Origin: Myxococcota bacterium
GTDB lineage: Bacteria > Myxococcota_A > SURF-8
Assembly: GCA_963674735.2 (NCBI GenBank)
Contig: CAXXQS010000001.1
Location: 1,184,001-1,248,000 of the forward strand
Direction of reading: 5' to 3'
Length of the DNA: 64,000 nucleotides
Shown: piece by piece, positions 7,915 to 17,474 of the stretch
How the letters are laid out: every line of letters begins with the position of its first letter
Numbering within the stretch: the first letter of the stretch is position 1
Program-made: the position numbers and the translations under genes
Notes under the pieces: model-generated
What the model was told of the DNA's origin: nothing
The model's input: only the letters and a program-made list of their open reading frames with translations
Database searches by the model: none

Positions 7915-9408
7915 ATGGCGTTGAAGCTTGAACTCAACATGAAGCTAAGTCAGCAGTTGGTGATGACACCCCAACTGCAAATGGCGATCAAGCTTTTGCA
8001 GATGACCCAGATGGAATTAAACCAGATGGTGGCAAACGAACTGGTTGAAAATCCCACCCTGGACGAAAACGAAGACGAAAATTACATCCCCGACCCACCG
8101 ACGGTCGATAACGAGGGCAACGGCCAGGAACAGGCCCAGCCGGTGAGCGATCTGGGTGACAGCGATCAAATCGTGGCCCACGATTTGCAAAAGACATTGG
8201 ATGAGGCGCAGCCCAAGCAGCCCGAGATGGATTGGGACAACTACTTCGAAAGCTACATCGATGGACCATCCGACATCATGCCGCGCGATACCGGTGGCGA
8301 AGACCGGCCCGGTTTCGAAGAGTTTTACGCCAAAGAGTCCACCTTATATGACTATCTGATGTGGCAGCTCAAATTCTCGACCTTGCCGCGTGATTTGCAG
8401 GACGTAGGCGAGGAAATCATCGGAAACATCAACGACGATGGTTACATGGCCGATATCGGCTTGGAAGATCTGGCTCACCAGATGGAACGTCCCCTGAAGG
8501 AAATCGAACGGGTCCATCAGGTGGTTTTACGCTTCGATCCTCTGGGAATCGGGGCGCGTGATTTGCGTGAAGCGCTTTTCGTACAGTCGCGATTCGGTGA
8601 AAACCGCCATGCTCTGGCTAGCCAGATGATCGAAAAGCATTGGAATCTGGTTGCCAAACGCAATATTCCCCGCTTGGTGCAAACGCTGAAAGTAAGCCGT
8701 GCCGAGGTGGAAGAGGCCATGCGTGCCATCACCCGTCTCGACCCCAAGCCCGGCGCAAAGTATTCAAACGGACGCGCGGAGTACATCACTCCCGACATCT
8801 ACGTTTACAAAATCGGCGACGATTACACCATCGTGCTTAACGAAGACGGCCTGCCGCGACTGCGCGTCAATCAGTACTATCAGCGCGCCCTGCAGGATAA
8901 AAGCAGTCCGACTGAAACGCGCGATTACATCAAGGGTAAGTTGCGGTCGGCTTCCTGGCTGATTCGCTCCATTCAGCAGCGCCAACGCACCATTTACAAG
9001 GTGGCGGAGTCGATTATCAGCAAACAGCGTGAGTTTCTGGATGAAGGCGTCGATCGGCTCAAGCCGATGGTGCTCAGAGACGTAGCCGAGGATATCGGCA
9101 TGCACGAGTGCACGGTCAGTCGTGTCACCACCAACAAATACATGCATACCCCGCAGGGGATTTTCGAACTCAAATATTTCTTCAATAGCGGTATCGTCAA
9201 CAGCGAAGGCGAAGGAATCGCCTCAGAGACGATCCGTACCAAAATCCGCCAGCTTGTTGAAAAAGAAGAACCGCGCAAGCCGCTGTCCGATCAGAAACTG
9301 GTTAGCCTGCTCAAGGCTGACGGCGTGGATGTCGCTCGGCGTACCGTGGCTAAATACCGAGAATCAATGGGTATATTGTCTTCTTCAGGCCGGCGAAAGA
9401 CATTTTGA
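7915..9408 (+). CDS. rpoN: RNA polymerase sigma-54 factor
   Basis: QQLVMTPQLQMAIKLLQM region I, HECTVSRVT HTH, and RpoN box ARRTVAKYRE. Confidence 0.98.
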   Translation: MALKLELNMKLSQQLVMTPQLQMAIKLLQMTQMELNQMVANELVENPTLDENEDENYIPDPPTVDNEGNGQEQAQPVSDLGDSDQIVAHDLQKTLDEAQPKQPEMDWDNYFESYIDGPSDIMPRDTGGEDRPGFEEFYAKESTLYDYLMWQLKFSTLPRDLQDVGEEIIGNINDDGYMADIGLEDLAHQMERPLKEIERVHQVVLRFDPLGIGARDLREALFVQSRFGENRHALASQMIEKHWNLVAKRNIPRLVQTLKVSRAEVEEAMRAITRLDPKPGAKYSNGRAEYITPDIYVYKIGDDYTIVLNEDGLPRLRVNQYYQRALQDKSSPTETRDYIKGKLRSASWLIRSIQQRQRTIYKVAESIISKQREFLDEGVDRLKPMVLRDVAEDIGMHECTVSRVTTNKYMHTPQGIFELKYFFNSGIVNSEGEGIASETIRTKIRQLVEKEEPRKPLSDQKLVSLLKADGVDVARRTVAKYRESMGILSSSGRRKTF

Positions 9409-9423
9409 AAGCGAGGCCGCGAA

Positions 9424-9885
9424 ATGCCTGTCACGATAAAGGATTTGCTCGATACGGCGACGATCGACGCAAACCTGGAATCGTCTTCGAAAACGGAAGT
9501 CATCGAGGTGCTGAGCCGTCTGTTGGTGGCGGCGCACCCGTTCCTGGATGCGGTGGATGTCGCTAAAAGGATTCAAAAACGCGAACAACTCGGTAGTACC
9601 GGTATCGGTGGCGGCGTTGCCATTCCGCATTGCAAAGCGCCGGGCCTCGACCGGGTGGTTTGTTGTTTCGGACGGAGCGTCAAGGGCATCGATTTCGAGT
9701 CGGTCGACGGCAAACCGGCCCACCTGTTCTTTCTGCTGGTCGCACCCGAAGACGCGGCGGGCACTCACCTGGAAGCGTTGAAAACCATTTCCATGTTGTG
9801 CCACCAACCCGCTTTTATCGAGCGGGTGATGGCGGCGGAAGATGCCGAAGGCATTTTCGAAGTCATGAAAGCGGAAAGCCCATAA
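9424..9885 (+). CDS. ptsN: PTS EIIA(Ntr)
   Basis: REQLGSTGIGGGVAIPH signature, directly after rpoN. Confidence 0.92.
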   Translation: MPVTIKDLLDTATIDANLESSSKTEVIEVLSRLLVAAHPFLDAVDVAKRIQKREQLGSTGIGGGVAIPHCKAPGLDRVVCCFGRSVKGIDFESVDGKPAHLFFLLVAPEDAAGTHLEALKTISMLCHQPAFIERVMAAEDAEGIFEVMKAESP

Positions 9886-9906
9886 AAGAATAGTGAAGGA
9901 GCGGCC

Positions 9907-10875
9907 ATGATCCTGCTGACGGTCGGAGACCTGCTGGAGATCAAGGATCAGCCCATGGGGCTGAAGCTGCTGGCGGGTGATGCCGGTCTGGGTCGTCGTA
10001 TCAGCCAATACCGTATTCAGAAATCCGGTCTGACGCTGACGGGGTTGTACGAGAACGTCCACGAAGGGCGTATTCAACTTCTCGGCCAGAACGAAATGGA
10101 CTACCTGGATTCACTCCCCGCCCTGCGCCAGAAGGAAGTGTTGAAGGGCGTGGCCGGCAAAGGGGTTCCCTGCTTCATCGTCACTCGCGGACTCAAACCG
10201 CCTGCGGCCCTGCTGGAGCTGGCCGAGGAAGAGGGAATTCCTGTTTTGCAGAGCGACGAGATTTCGTCCGCTTTCATCATTCAGCTTCATCATTTCCTTG
10301 AATTCAACCTGGCCGCCTCGACCACCGTGCACGGTGTTTTCATGGACGTGCTCGGGGTCGGCGTGCTGATTATCGGCATCAGCGGCGTGGGTAAAAGCGA
10401 ATGTGCTTTGGAACTGTTGTTGAAGGGGCACAAACTGGTAGCCGATGATGTGGTCCAGGTCCGTCGCGCCCATGCCAACGTCTTGTGGGGGAGCTGTTCC
10501 CCGGTGGTGCAGCATCACATGGAAGTGCGCGGGCTGGGTATTCTCAATGTCGCCGCTTTGTTCGGTGTGACGGCCGTGCGCGAACGCAAACGCATCGAGG
10601 TCGTGTTGGAATTGGTGGAATGGGACGGCTCGGTCGAGTACGATCGCCTGGGCCTGGAACACAAAACCTATACGATTCTCGACATCGAGGTGCCGCTGTT
10701 GACGGTGCCTGTCTCTCAAGGGCGGAATACGGCAGCCATTGTGGAAGTGGCCGCCCGCAACTTCCTTTTGCAGGAAAAGGGAATCGACACGGCCTTGAGC
10801 TTTCAGAAGAAAATCAATGCCGATCTGATCCGCAAACGATTGCGAGGCAACCCAGTCGATCGCGAAAAGAACTGA
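9907..10875 (+). CDS. hprK: HPr(Ser) kinase/phosphorylase
   Basis: HGVFMDVLGVGVLIIGISGVGKSECAL, LVADD and MEVRGLGI motifs. Confidence 0.96.
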   Translation: MILLTVGDLLEIKDQPMGLKLLAGDAGLGRRISQYRIQKSGLTLTGLYENVHEGRIQLLGQNEMDYLDSLPALRQKEVLKGVAGKGVPCFIVTRGLKPPAALLELAEEEGIPVLQSDEISSAFIIQLHHFLEFNLAASTTVHGVFMDVLGVGVLIIGISGVGKSECALELLLKGHKLVADDVVQVRRAHANVLWGSCSPVVQHHMEVRGLGILNVAALFGVTAVRERKRIEVVLELVEWDGSVEYDRLGLEHKTYTILDIEVPLLTVPVSQGRNTAAIVEVAARNFLLQEKGIDTALSFQKKINADLIRKRLRGNPVDREKN

Positions 10876-10893
10876 ACCCGAGGGGAGGGCGAC

Positions 10894-11751
10894 GTGCGCA
10901 TTATCATCGTGACGGGATTGTCGGGAGCCGGAAAGACCACCGCGATCCGGGCCTTTGAAGATCGTGGTCTCTTTTGTATCGACAATCCGCCGGTGACGCT
11001 CATCCCGGATCTGATCAAATCGATGGATAGCGCCGACAACCCGGTCGATACCGTCGTTTTGGGAATCGATACGCGTGAATTGAGCTTTCTGGCCGATTAC
11101 GGCCGGGTAGCTCTCTCGCTTAAAGAGGCGGGGCATCGCCTGGAAATCGTGTTCCTCGAAGCGCGCGACGAAATCCTGATTCGTCGTTTCTCGGAAACGC
11201 GGCGGCGGCATCCCCTGGCGGGAGTGGATATTCGTGTGGCCTTGGAGCGTGAGAAAGAGTTGTTGAGTCCTTTACGGGCGCAAGCGACGACCTTGATCGA
11301 TACCTCAACGATGACGGTGCATGAACTCAAACACCGGGTGCAGACCTTCGAAGACGCTGCCTCCGACAAGCGCACGTTGTCGGTGACGCTTATGAGCTTT
11401 GGTTTTAAGTACGGTGTTCCGCTCGAAGCCGATCTGGTGTTCGATGCGCGGTTTCTTCCGAACCCTTATTTCATCGAAAATCTGAAGCCGAAAACGGGCC
11501 TGGACGATGAGGTTTTCGACTATGTAATGGGGTTCGAGGAAAGCGGCAAATTATTGGATCACTTGGAAAGCTTGTTGATGTTTTCCCTGCCGCTTTTCGA
11601 GCGCGAGGGTAAAACCTATCTGACGGTGGCGGTCGGCTGTACCGGCGGCAAGCACCGCTCGATCTCGATGGTGGAAGCGCTCAACGCCTTTTTCAAAGAA
11701 AAAATGCCGGACTATCTGGTTTTTGTTCGTCACCGGGATATCACCCGTTAA
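10894..11751 (+). CDS. rapZ: RNase adapter RapZ (YvcJ/YhbJ family)
   Basis: GLSGAGKT, SFGFKYG, DARFLPNP and GCTGGKHRS motifs. Confidence 0.96.
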   Translation: MRIIIVTGLSGAGKTTAIRAFEDRGLFCIDNPPVTLIPDLIKSMDSADNPVDTVVLGIDTRELSFLADYGRVALSLKEAGHRLEIVFLEARDEILIRRFSETRRRHPLAGVDIRVALEREKELLSPLRAQATTLIDTSTMTVHELKHRVQTFEDAASDKRTLSVTLMSFGFKYGVPLEADLVFDARFLPNPYFIENLKPKTGLDDEVFDYVMGFEESGKLLDHLESLLMFSLPLFEREGKTYLTVAVGCTGGKHRSISMVEALNAFFKEKMPDYLVFVRHRDITR

Positions 11752-11778
11752 GTGGCGTTAAATGGACGGTGAAGCTGA

Positions 11779-12498
11779 ATGATCGGTATTTTGTTGATTA
11801 CACACAACAATCTCGGGGAAATCCTGTTGCAGAACGCGCAGCAGATCGTGGGCGCGCAGCCTCAGATTCGAGCAGTCTCGCAGCGGCCCGGCTCCAGCTT
11901 TCAGGTGTTGTACAACCGGGTCGGCCGTGAAATCGCCGAGTTGGATGGGGGGCAAGGGGTGCTGCTGATGGTGGACATCTTCGGCGGTACGCCCTCCAAT
12001 GTCGCGCAGGGCTTCGTCGAAGAGCGTCGCCACGCCATGATCACCGGGTTGAATATGGCGATGCTGTTGAAAGTGCTGGAGTCCGACCGCCAAAACCTTT
12101 CGATTGGAGAACTGGCCCGGGTCGCATCGGTGTCGGCCAAGAACAGCATCAAAATCCATGCCGGTCCGGCCTGTGAATTGGCGGAGCAACCCGAAGCGGC
12201 TTCGGACGATGAATCGCTGGGCCATATCGAGGAAGCGCAGATCGATGTGGAAGTGATGAACGCACTGGGGTTACATGCCTCGTCGAGTGCGAAGCTGGTG
12301 AAGGTCGCCAGCCGTTTCAAGGCAGAGATCTTTTTGGCGAACGAGGAGATGGAAGTCAATACCAAATCGATTATGGGCGTTTTGATGCTGGGAGCCGCCA
12401 AGGGGACACGCTTGACTTTGCGGGCCGTCGGAGACGATGCCAGGATGGCTTTGAAGAGTATCGGTGAATTGTTTAAAAGTAAGTTTGGTGAAGAGTAG
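11779..12498 (+). CDS. Fused PTS EIIA(Man-type)-HPr protein
   Basis: N-half has IGILLITH, DIFGGTPSN and ITGLNMAM (EIIA-Man). C-half has NALGLHA, KSIMGVLMLGA and KFGEE (HPr). One continuous frame. Confidence 0.9.
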   Translation: MIGILLITHNNLGEILLQNAQQIVGAQPQIRAVSQRPGSSFQVLYNRVGREIAELDGGQGVLLMVDIFGGTPSNVAQGFVEERRHAMITGLNMAMLLKVLESDRQNLSIGELARVASVSAKNSIKIHAGPACELAEQPEAASDDESLGHIEEAQIDVEVMNALGLHASSSAKLVKVASRFKAEIFLANEEMEVNTKSIMGVLMLGAAKGTRLTLRAVGDDARMALKSIGELFKSKFGEE

Positions 12499-12507
12499 CA
12501 GGGGAGA

Positions 12508-14289
12508 ATGTCATTGAGCACGGAAAAGTCTGAAAAAGGCGTCATCCTGCATGGCATCGGCGTTTCACCTGGCATTCGGATCGGCCGGGTCGAAGCGATC
12601 GAATACGAAAAGCTGAAAGTCCCTTGGAGCGAACTGGCCGGAGAACAGGTCGAGTTGGAGGCGGCGCGCTACGATCAGGCTGTGACGCGGGCCATCGACC
12701 AGTTGGAACGACAAAAACGGCGAGTCAATCGTCACAGCAGCGAGGAACACTACTTCATTCTGGAAGCCCACCAGTACATGTTGAAGGATGATATGTTGGC
12801 GGCCGAGCCGTCGAAACTGATTCGTGACCATCACTTCAATGCGGAATGGGCGCTCAAAATCACTCTGGAACGGCTGAACGATAATTTTTCCCGGATGGAT
12901 GGCGAGATGGCGCGCAAGCGCATCACCGATCTGGCGGATGTCGGTAGGCGGGTGATGGAGAATCTGATGGGTGTGCGCCGCCGCGCGCTAAACGACATCC
13001 GGGCCGACTCGATTCTGGTGGCCCATACGATTACACCCGGCGATGCGACGCATTTCTATTCCCATCCGGTACGCGGATTCGCGTTGGAAGTCGGCGGAAA
13101 AGCGAGTCATATCGCGATTGTGGCTCGTTCGATGGAGATCCCGGCGGTGCTCGGACTGGAAAATCTGCTTACCGTGGCCAAGCAGGGCGATTGGCTGGTG
13201 ATCGATGGCTCACGCGGGCTGGTCGTTGTAAACCCGGACGCGGAGCAGCTCGATCGTTATCGCAAGAAGGAAGCCAGTTACGACGATTGGAACGAACGTC
13301 TGCACGTCAACCGTGACCTCCCGGCCGTTACCCAGGACGGCGTTCGTATTGTGCTGAAGGGTAACATCGAATCCGTGGAAGAAACGCCCACGTTGGCCGA
13401 GCATGGGGCGGAAGGGGTGGGGTTGTTCCGCACGGAATTCATGTACATGGATCGGACTCGTCCCCCCACCGAAGATGAGCATTACGCCTATTACAGACGT
13501 CTGGTGGAATCCTGCGACTGCGGGCCGGTGACCATCCGCACCATGGATATCGGAAGCGACAAATATCCGGCCTACTGGCCATACGTCGACGAGGCCAATC
13601 CGGCGCTCGGTTGCCGGGCTATTCGGGGCATTGCCCGCGATCGCCAGTTTTTCGTCGATCAGATCCGCGCCATCTATCGGGCCGGTGTGCATGGAGATGT
13701 CAAGCTGCTGCTGCCGTTCATTTCGGGGGTTGCCGAGGTGGATGACGTTAAAGTGTTACTTGAGGATGTGCTGAAAAACATGCGTGAAGAAGGGGCTGAG
13801 TTCAATCCGGATATTCCTCTGGGAGTGATGATCGAATTGCCCTCGGCCGCTATCGTTTCCGACCATCTGGCTACACGAGTCGATTACTTCTCCATTGGCA
13901 CGAATGATTTGATTCAGTACACGCTGGCGGTGGATCGGGATGCCGATCAACTTTCCACTCTATACAATCCCCTGCATCCCGCGATCTTGCGGATGATCAA
14001 GATGACCTGCGACCATGCCGCGCGGGTTCCGATCCCGGTGGCGCTTTGCGGCGAGATGGCGTCGGAGATGGAATACACCTTGCTGCTTTTAGGACTAGGT
14101 TTGCGTGAGCTGGATATGCCGGCCTCGGCCATTCCGTCGGTCAAGGAGATCATCCGGGCCTCGACCTTGGCCGAAGCGCGCGAACTGGCCGAACGAGCGT
14201 TGCTTTGCCAAACCGCCGACGAAGTGGAGGACGTGGTGTTCCCCTATATGGCCCACCGCTTCCCGTCTTTCTTCGAAGACATCGATTGA
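12508..14289 (+). CDS. ptsI: PEP-protein phosphotransferase, enzyme I
   Basis: GIGVSPG, SHIAIVARS (phospho-His), GLFRTEF, SIGTNDLIQY and CGEMA motifs. Confidence 0.96.
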   Translation: MSLSTEKSEKGVILHGIGVSPGIRIGRVEAIEYEKLKVPWSELAGEQVELEAARYDQAVTRAIDQLERQKRRVNRHSSEEHYFILEAHQYMLKDDMLAAEPSKLIRDHHFNAEWALKITLERLNDNFSRMDGEMARKRITDLADVGRRVMENLMGVRRRALNDIRADSILVAHTITPGDATHFYSHPVRGFALEVGGKASHIAIVARSMEIPAVLGLENLLTVAKQGDWLVIDGSRGLVVVNPDAEQLDRYRKKEASYDDWNERLHVNRDLPAVTQDGVRIVLKGNIESVEETPTLAEHGAEGVGLFRTEFMYMDRTRPPTEDEHYAYYRRLVESCDCGPVTIRTMDIGSDKYPAYWPYVDEANPALGCRAIRGIARDRQFFVDQIRAIYRAGVHGDVKLLLPFISGVAEVDDVKVLLEDVLKNMREEGAEFNPDIPLGVMIELPSAAIVSDHLATRVDYFSIGTNDLIQYTLAVDRDADQLSTLYNPLHPAILRMIKMTCDHAARVPIPVALCGEMASEMEYTLLLLGLGLRELDMPASAIPSVKEIIRASTLAEARELAERALLCQTADEVEDVVFPYMAHRFPSFFEDID

Positions 14290-14578
14290 TTCAGACGAAA
14301 TATGGGTGAGCGGATGTCCGTCCCCGCGTGTTTCGGCACGTCTGTCAACCTATGACGTTCAGGGGTTGGATGGAGCTGTTTGTGTATGCATATGAGACGT
14401 GTTTATGCGTGTAGGGTTAGCTGTTTACAAGTTTTACTACTTGATTTTTGATCTAATTAATGTATGCTATACGACCATAATCGATAGCCGCAGCAAAGCT
14501 CGGCAGCCACTTTATTACGGGGGAATGTCAGCGAAAACAGGTGTGTTTTCGTTTTGTGTTGATGTTTAACGGAGGATT

Positions 14579-17179
14579 GTGAGTGTTATGGACGCTTCTA
14601 GTTGGGTTGTTCTGAAGTTCGGCGGTACAAGTGTTTCATCCAGAGAGCGATGGGAAACCATTCGGGATATCGTACAGGATCATATTGAAAACGGACGACG
14701 GCCCTTTGTCGTTTGTTCGGCTTTATCCGGTGTTTCAGATGAGCTGGAAAGCCTGTTACAGGGCGTTATCGAGGGGAGTCACGAGGCGATTTTAGCTGAT
14801 ATCCGTCAACGCCATCTCGATTTGGCCGTTCAGTTGGGGGTTCAGCCTGAAAGTACCTTGCTTCCGCATTTCGAGCAGCTTTCGCGCCTCGTGATGGGAG
14901 CCTCACTGATTCAGGAAGTGAGCCCGCGTTTGCATGCCAAGGTGATGGCCTATGGCGAATTGTTGTCGACGAGTCTGGGGGCGGCGTTTCTCAATTGTTG
15001 CGGGTTGAATGTAGACTGGATCGATGCGCGTGAACATCTGGTTTCGGATAGCCGGAAACTGACACGCGCGCTTCAGCGTTATCTATCGGCGCATTGCCAG
15101 TTCACGCCGGACGACGTCATGCAAAAAGATATGGCAAGTCGTTCCGCTAACTGCATTCTCACGCAGGGTTTTATCGCCTCCGATCCCAACGGCGATACGG
15201 TTCTTTTAGGACGCGGCGGGTCGGATACGTCGGCCGCTTATTTTGCCGCCAAGCTTCAGGCGGAACGTTGCGAGATCTGGACGGATGTCGCCGGTATCTT
15301 CTCGGCCAACCCGCGCATGGTTCCCGAGCCGTTTCTGCTGAAAAGGCTGGATTACGATGAGGCCCAGGAAATCACCAGTTCGGGAGCGCAGGTGTTGCAT
15401 CCGCGTTGCCTGGACCCGGTGAAACAGTATCACATTCCTCTGCATATCCGCTGTACGCTCAACCCGAAGTTGGAAAGCACGGTGATCGGCGACTTCGACA
15501 GCTCCGACGAGGCACGTGTCAAAGTGATCGCGGCCAAGTCCGGGGTTACGTTGATTTCAATGGAAACCATGGGAATGTGGCAGGAAGTGGGTTTTCTGGC
15601 GCGGGTGTTCGACAAATTCAGCGAGCATCGTTTGAGTGTTGATCTGGTTTCCACCTCCCAGTCCAACGTTACGGCGTCCCTCGATCAGGTGGCCAATGCA
15701 CTGGATCCCGCCAGTATCGAGGCCTTACTTGAAGATTTGCAGGAGGTCTGTGCCGCGCGCGTGATCGGGCCCTGTGCGGCCATCTCGCTGGTGGGGCGCA
15801 ACATCCGCAGTATCATGCACGAACTGGGTCCGGCGCTGAAGGTTTTCGGCGAGCACAAAATCCATCTGGTATCCCAGGCCGCCAACGATCTCAACCTGAC
15901 GTTCGTGGTGGGCGAAGACCAGGCGCAGCGGCTGGTTCGTGAGCTGCATGCGCTGTTGGTGCAGAAAAAGCTGGAGGCTCCCAAGGAAAACCAAACCGAA
16001 GAACGCGAGATGGAGGATGATGAGGTTTCCGGTGCGCACGTTTGGTGGCGGAAACGGGCCGATGAGCTGCTGGATATGGCTCGGGACGAAAGCCCGCTGT
16101 TTGTCTACGATGAGGAAACGCTCGATGAGGCTGCAGAGTCCTTGTTGGCGATGTCCAATGTCGAACGGATCTTTTATGCCATCAAAGCCAACGCTCACCC
16201 GGATATTCTGAGCCGTTTTTACCATGCCGGGATCGGTTTCGAATGCGTTTCACCGGGCGAACTCGATCATATCGTTCGACTTTTTCCCGATCTTAAGGGG
16301 CAATCCGAACGTATGCTGTTTACACCGAATTTCGCTTCGGGTGAGGAATATCGGCACGGCTTCGAGCTGGGGGCATCGGTAACCCTGGACAATCTCTATC
16401 CTTTGGAAGCTTGGCCGAACCTGTTCAAGGGGCGGGAAATCTTTGTTCGCATCGATCCGGGGAAGGGTCGCGGTCATCACAAACACGTGAAGACCGCCGG
16501 GGAGCATTCCAAATTCGGCATTCTGCCTACCCAGATTCCGCGCTTGCTGGACGCGGTGAAAAAGGCCGATGCGCGTATCGTCGGTTTGCATGCGCATACC
16601 GGCAGCGGCATTTTAACCTATGACGCCTGGATCGATACCGCTCGTTTCTTCACCTCGTTGCTTGAACAGCTTCCCGATGTCCGTCATATGGATCTGGGGG
16701 GCGGCTTGGGGATTCCCGAACGGCCGGGGCAGCCGGTTTTGGATACGGTTGCAATCAACGAAAGTCTGAGACCGATTCGGCTGGCTTATCCCGAGGTGGC
16801 GATCTGGCTTGAGCCTGGACGGTATCTGGTGGCGCGTGCCGGGGTGTTGCTGGCCAAGGTAACCCAGGTTAAGGAAAAACGTGAGACGGCTTTTGTGGGA
16901 ATCGATGTCGGGATGAACACCTTGATTCGCCCGGCTCTATACGGAGCTTATCATCGAATCGTGAATCTCAGTCGCCTGGATGACACGCGTCGCGAAACGG
17001 TCAACGTGGTCGGGCCAATATGTGAAACGGGTGATACGCTCGGATATAATCGTGCCCTCGCGCCGTCCCAGGAAGGGGATATTTTGCTCATCGCCACTGC
17101 CGGTGCATATGGGCGCGTCATGAGTTCCAGTTACAATATGCGTCCCCCGGCTGCGGAAAAAATGCTGGCGCGACGTTAG
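14579..17179 (+). CDS. Bifunctional aspartate kinase / diaminopimelate decarboxylase (LysAC type)
   Basis: KFGGTS, LGRGGSDTSA and ACT domains, then YAIKAN (PLP Lys), HAHTGS, EPGRYL and GPICETGD. Confidence 0.95.
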   Translation: MSVMDASSWVVLKFGGTSVSSRERWETIRDIVQDHIENGRRPFVVCSALSGVSDELESLLQGVIEGSHEAILADIRQRHLDLAVQLGVQPESTLLPHFEQLSRLVMGASLIQEVSPRLHAKVMAYGELLSTSLGAAFLNCCGLNVDWIDAREHLVSDSRKLTRALQRYLSAHCQFTPDDVMQKDMASRSANCILTQGFIASDPNGDTVLLGRGGSDTSAAYFAAKLQAERCEIWTDVAGIFSANPRMVPEPFLLKRLDYDEAQEITSSGAQVLHPRCLDPVKQYHIPLHIRCTLNPKLESTVIGDFDSSDEARVKVIAAKSGVTLISMETMGMWQEVGFLARVFDKFSEHRLSVDLVSTSQSNVTASLDQVANALDPASIEALLEDLQEVCAARVIGPCAAISLVGRNIRSIMHELGPALKVFGEHKIHLVSQAANDLNLTFVVGEDQAQRLVRELHALLVQKKLEAPKENQTEEREMEDDEVSGAHVWWRKRADELLDMARDESPLFVYDEETLDEAAESLLAMSNVERIFYAIKANAHPDILSRFYHAGIGFECVSPGELDHIVRLFPDLKGQSERMLFTPNFASGEEYRHGFELGASVTLDNLYPLEAWPNLFKGREIFVRIDPGKGRGHHKHVKTAGEHSKFGILPTQIPRLLDAVKKADARIVGLHAHTGSGILTYDAWIDTARFFTSLLEQLPDVRHMDLGGGLGIPERPGQPVLDTVAINESLRPIRLAYPEVAIWLEPGRYLVARAGVLLAKVTQVKEKRETAFVGIDVGMNTLIRPALYGAYHRIVNLSRLDDTRRETVNVVGPICETGDTLGYNRALAPSQEGDILLIATAGAYGRVMSSSYNMRPPAAEKMLARR

Positions 17180-17268
17180 CCCATAAGTGATGGAAAATAG
17201 AACAGAATCAGGGCTGTGAGTGTTCCGTTTCCGAGAGGACGGACGGTGCTCGACTCTGTTTGCATGTT

Positions 17269-17296
17269 GCCGGGAAGGTCTTCTTCCCGGCTTTTT
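17269..17296 (+). terminator. Rho-independent terminator after the lysAC-type gene
   Basis: GCCGGGAAG-gtctt-CTTCCCGGC followed by TTTTT. Confidence 0.7.
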
Positions 17297-17474
17297 CATC
17301 TGTAGCTGCTTCTCAAATAAAATATCTTCGGATTATCGGATTGTGTTTGTGTGTTTTGACTGGCATAATGTCCCCGGGAAAAGGTAGTAAAACAATTTGT
17401 ATCATCGTTTCGCATGTTAGGGTGATTGTATGTAGGCAATCATCTTTTTGTGCGGCTGCTTTTCGAGGGCTAAC

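Noticed and set aside
10111-12575. Long minus-strand ORFs opposite hprK/rapZ/EIIA-HPr
   Set aside because: Shadow ORFs expected at high GC, with no motifs.
14290-14578. Lysine riboswitch before the lysAC-type gene
   Set aside because: No recognisable L-box consensus; it looks like an AT-rich promoter region.
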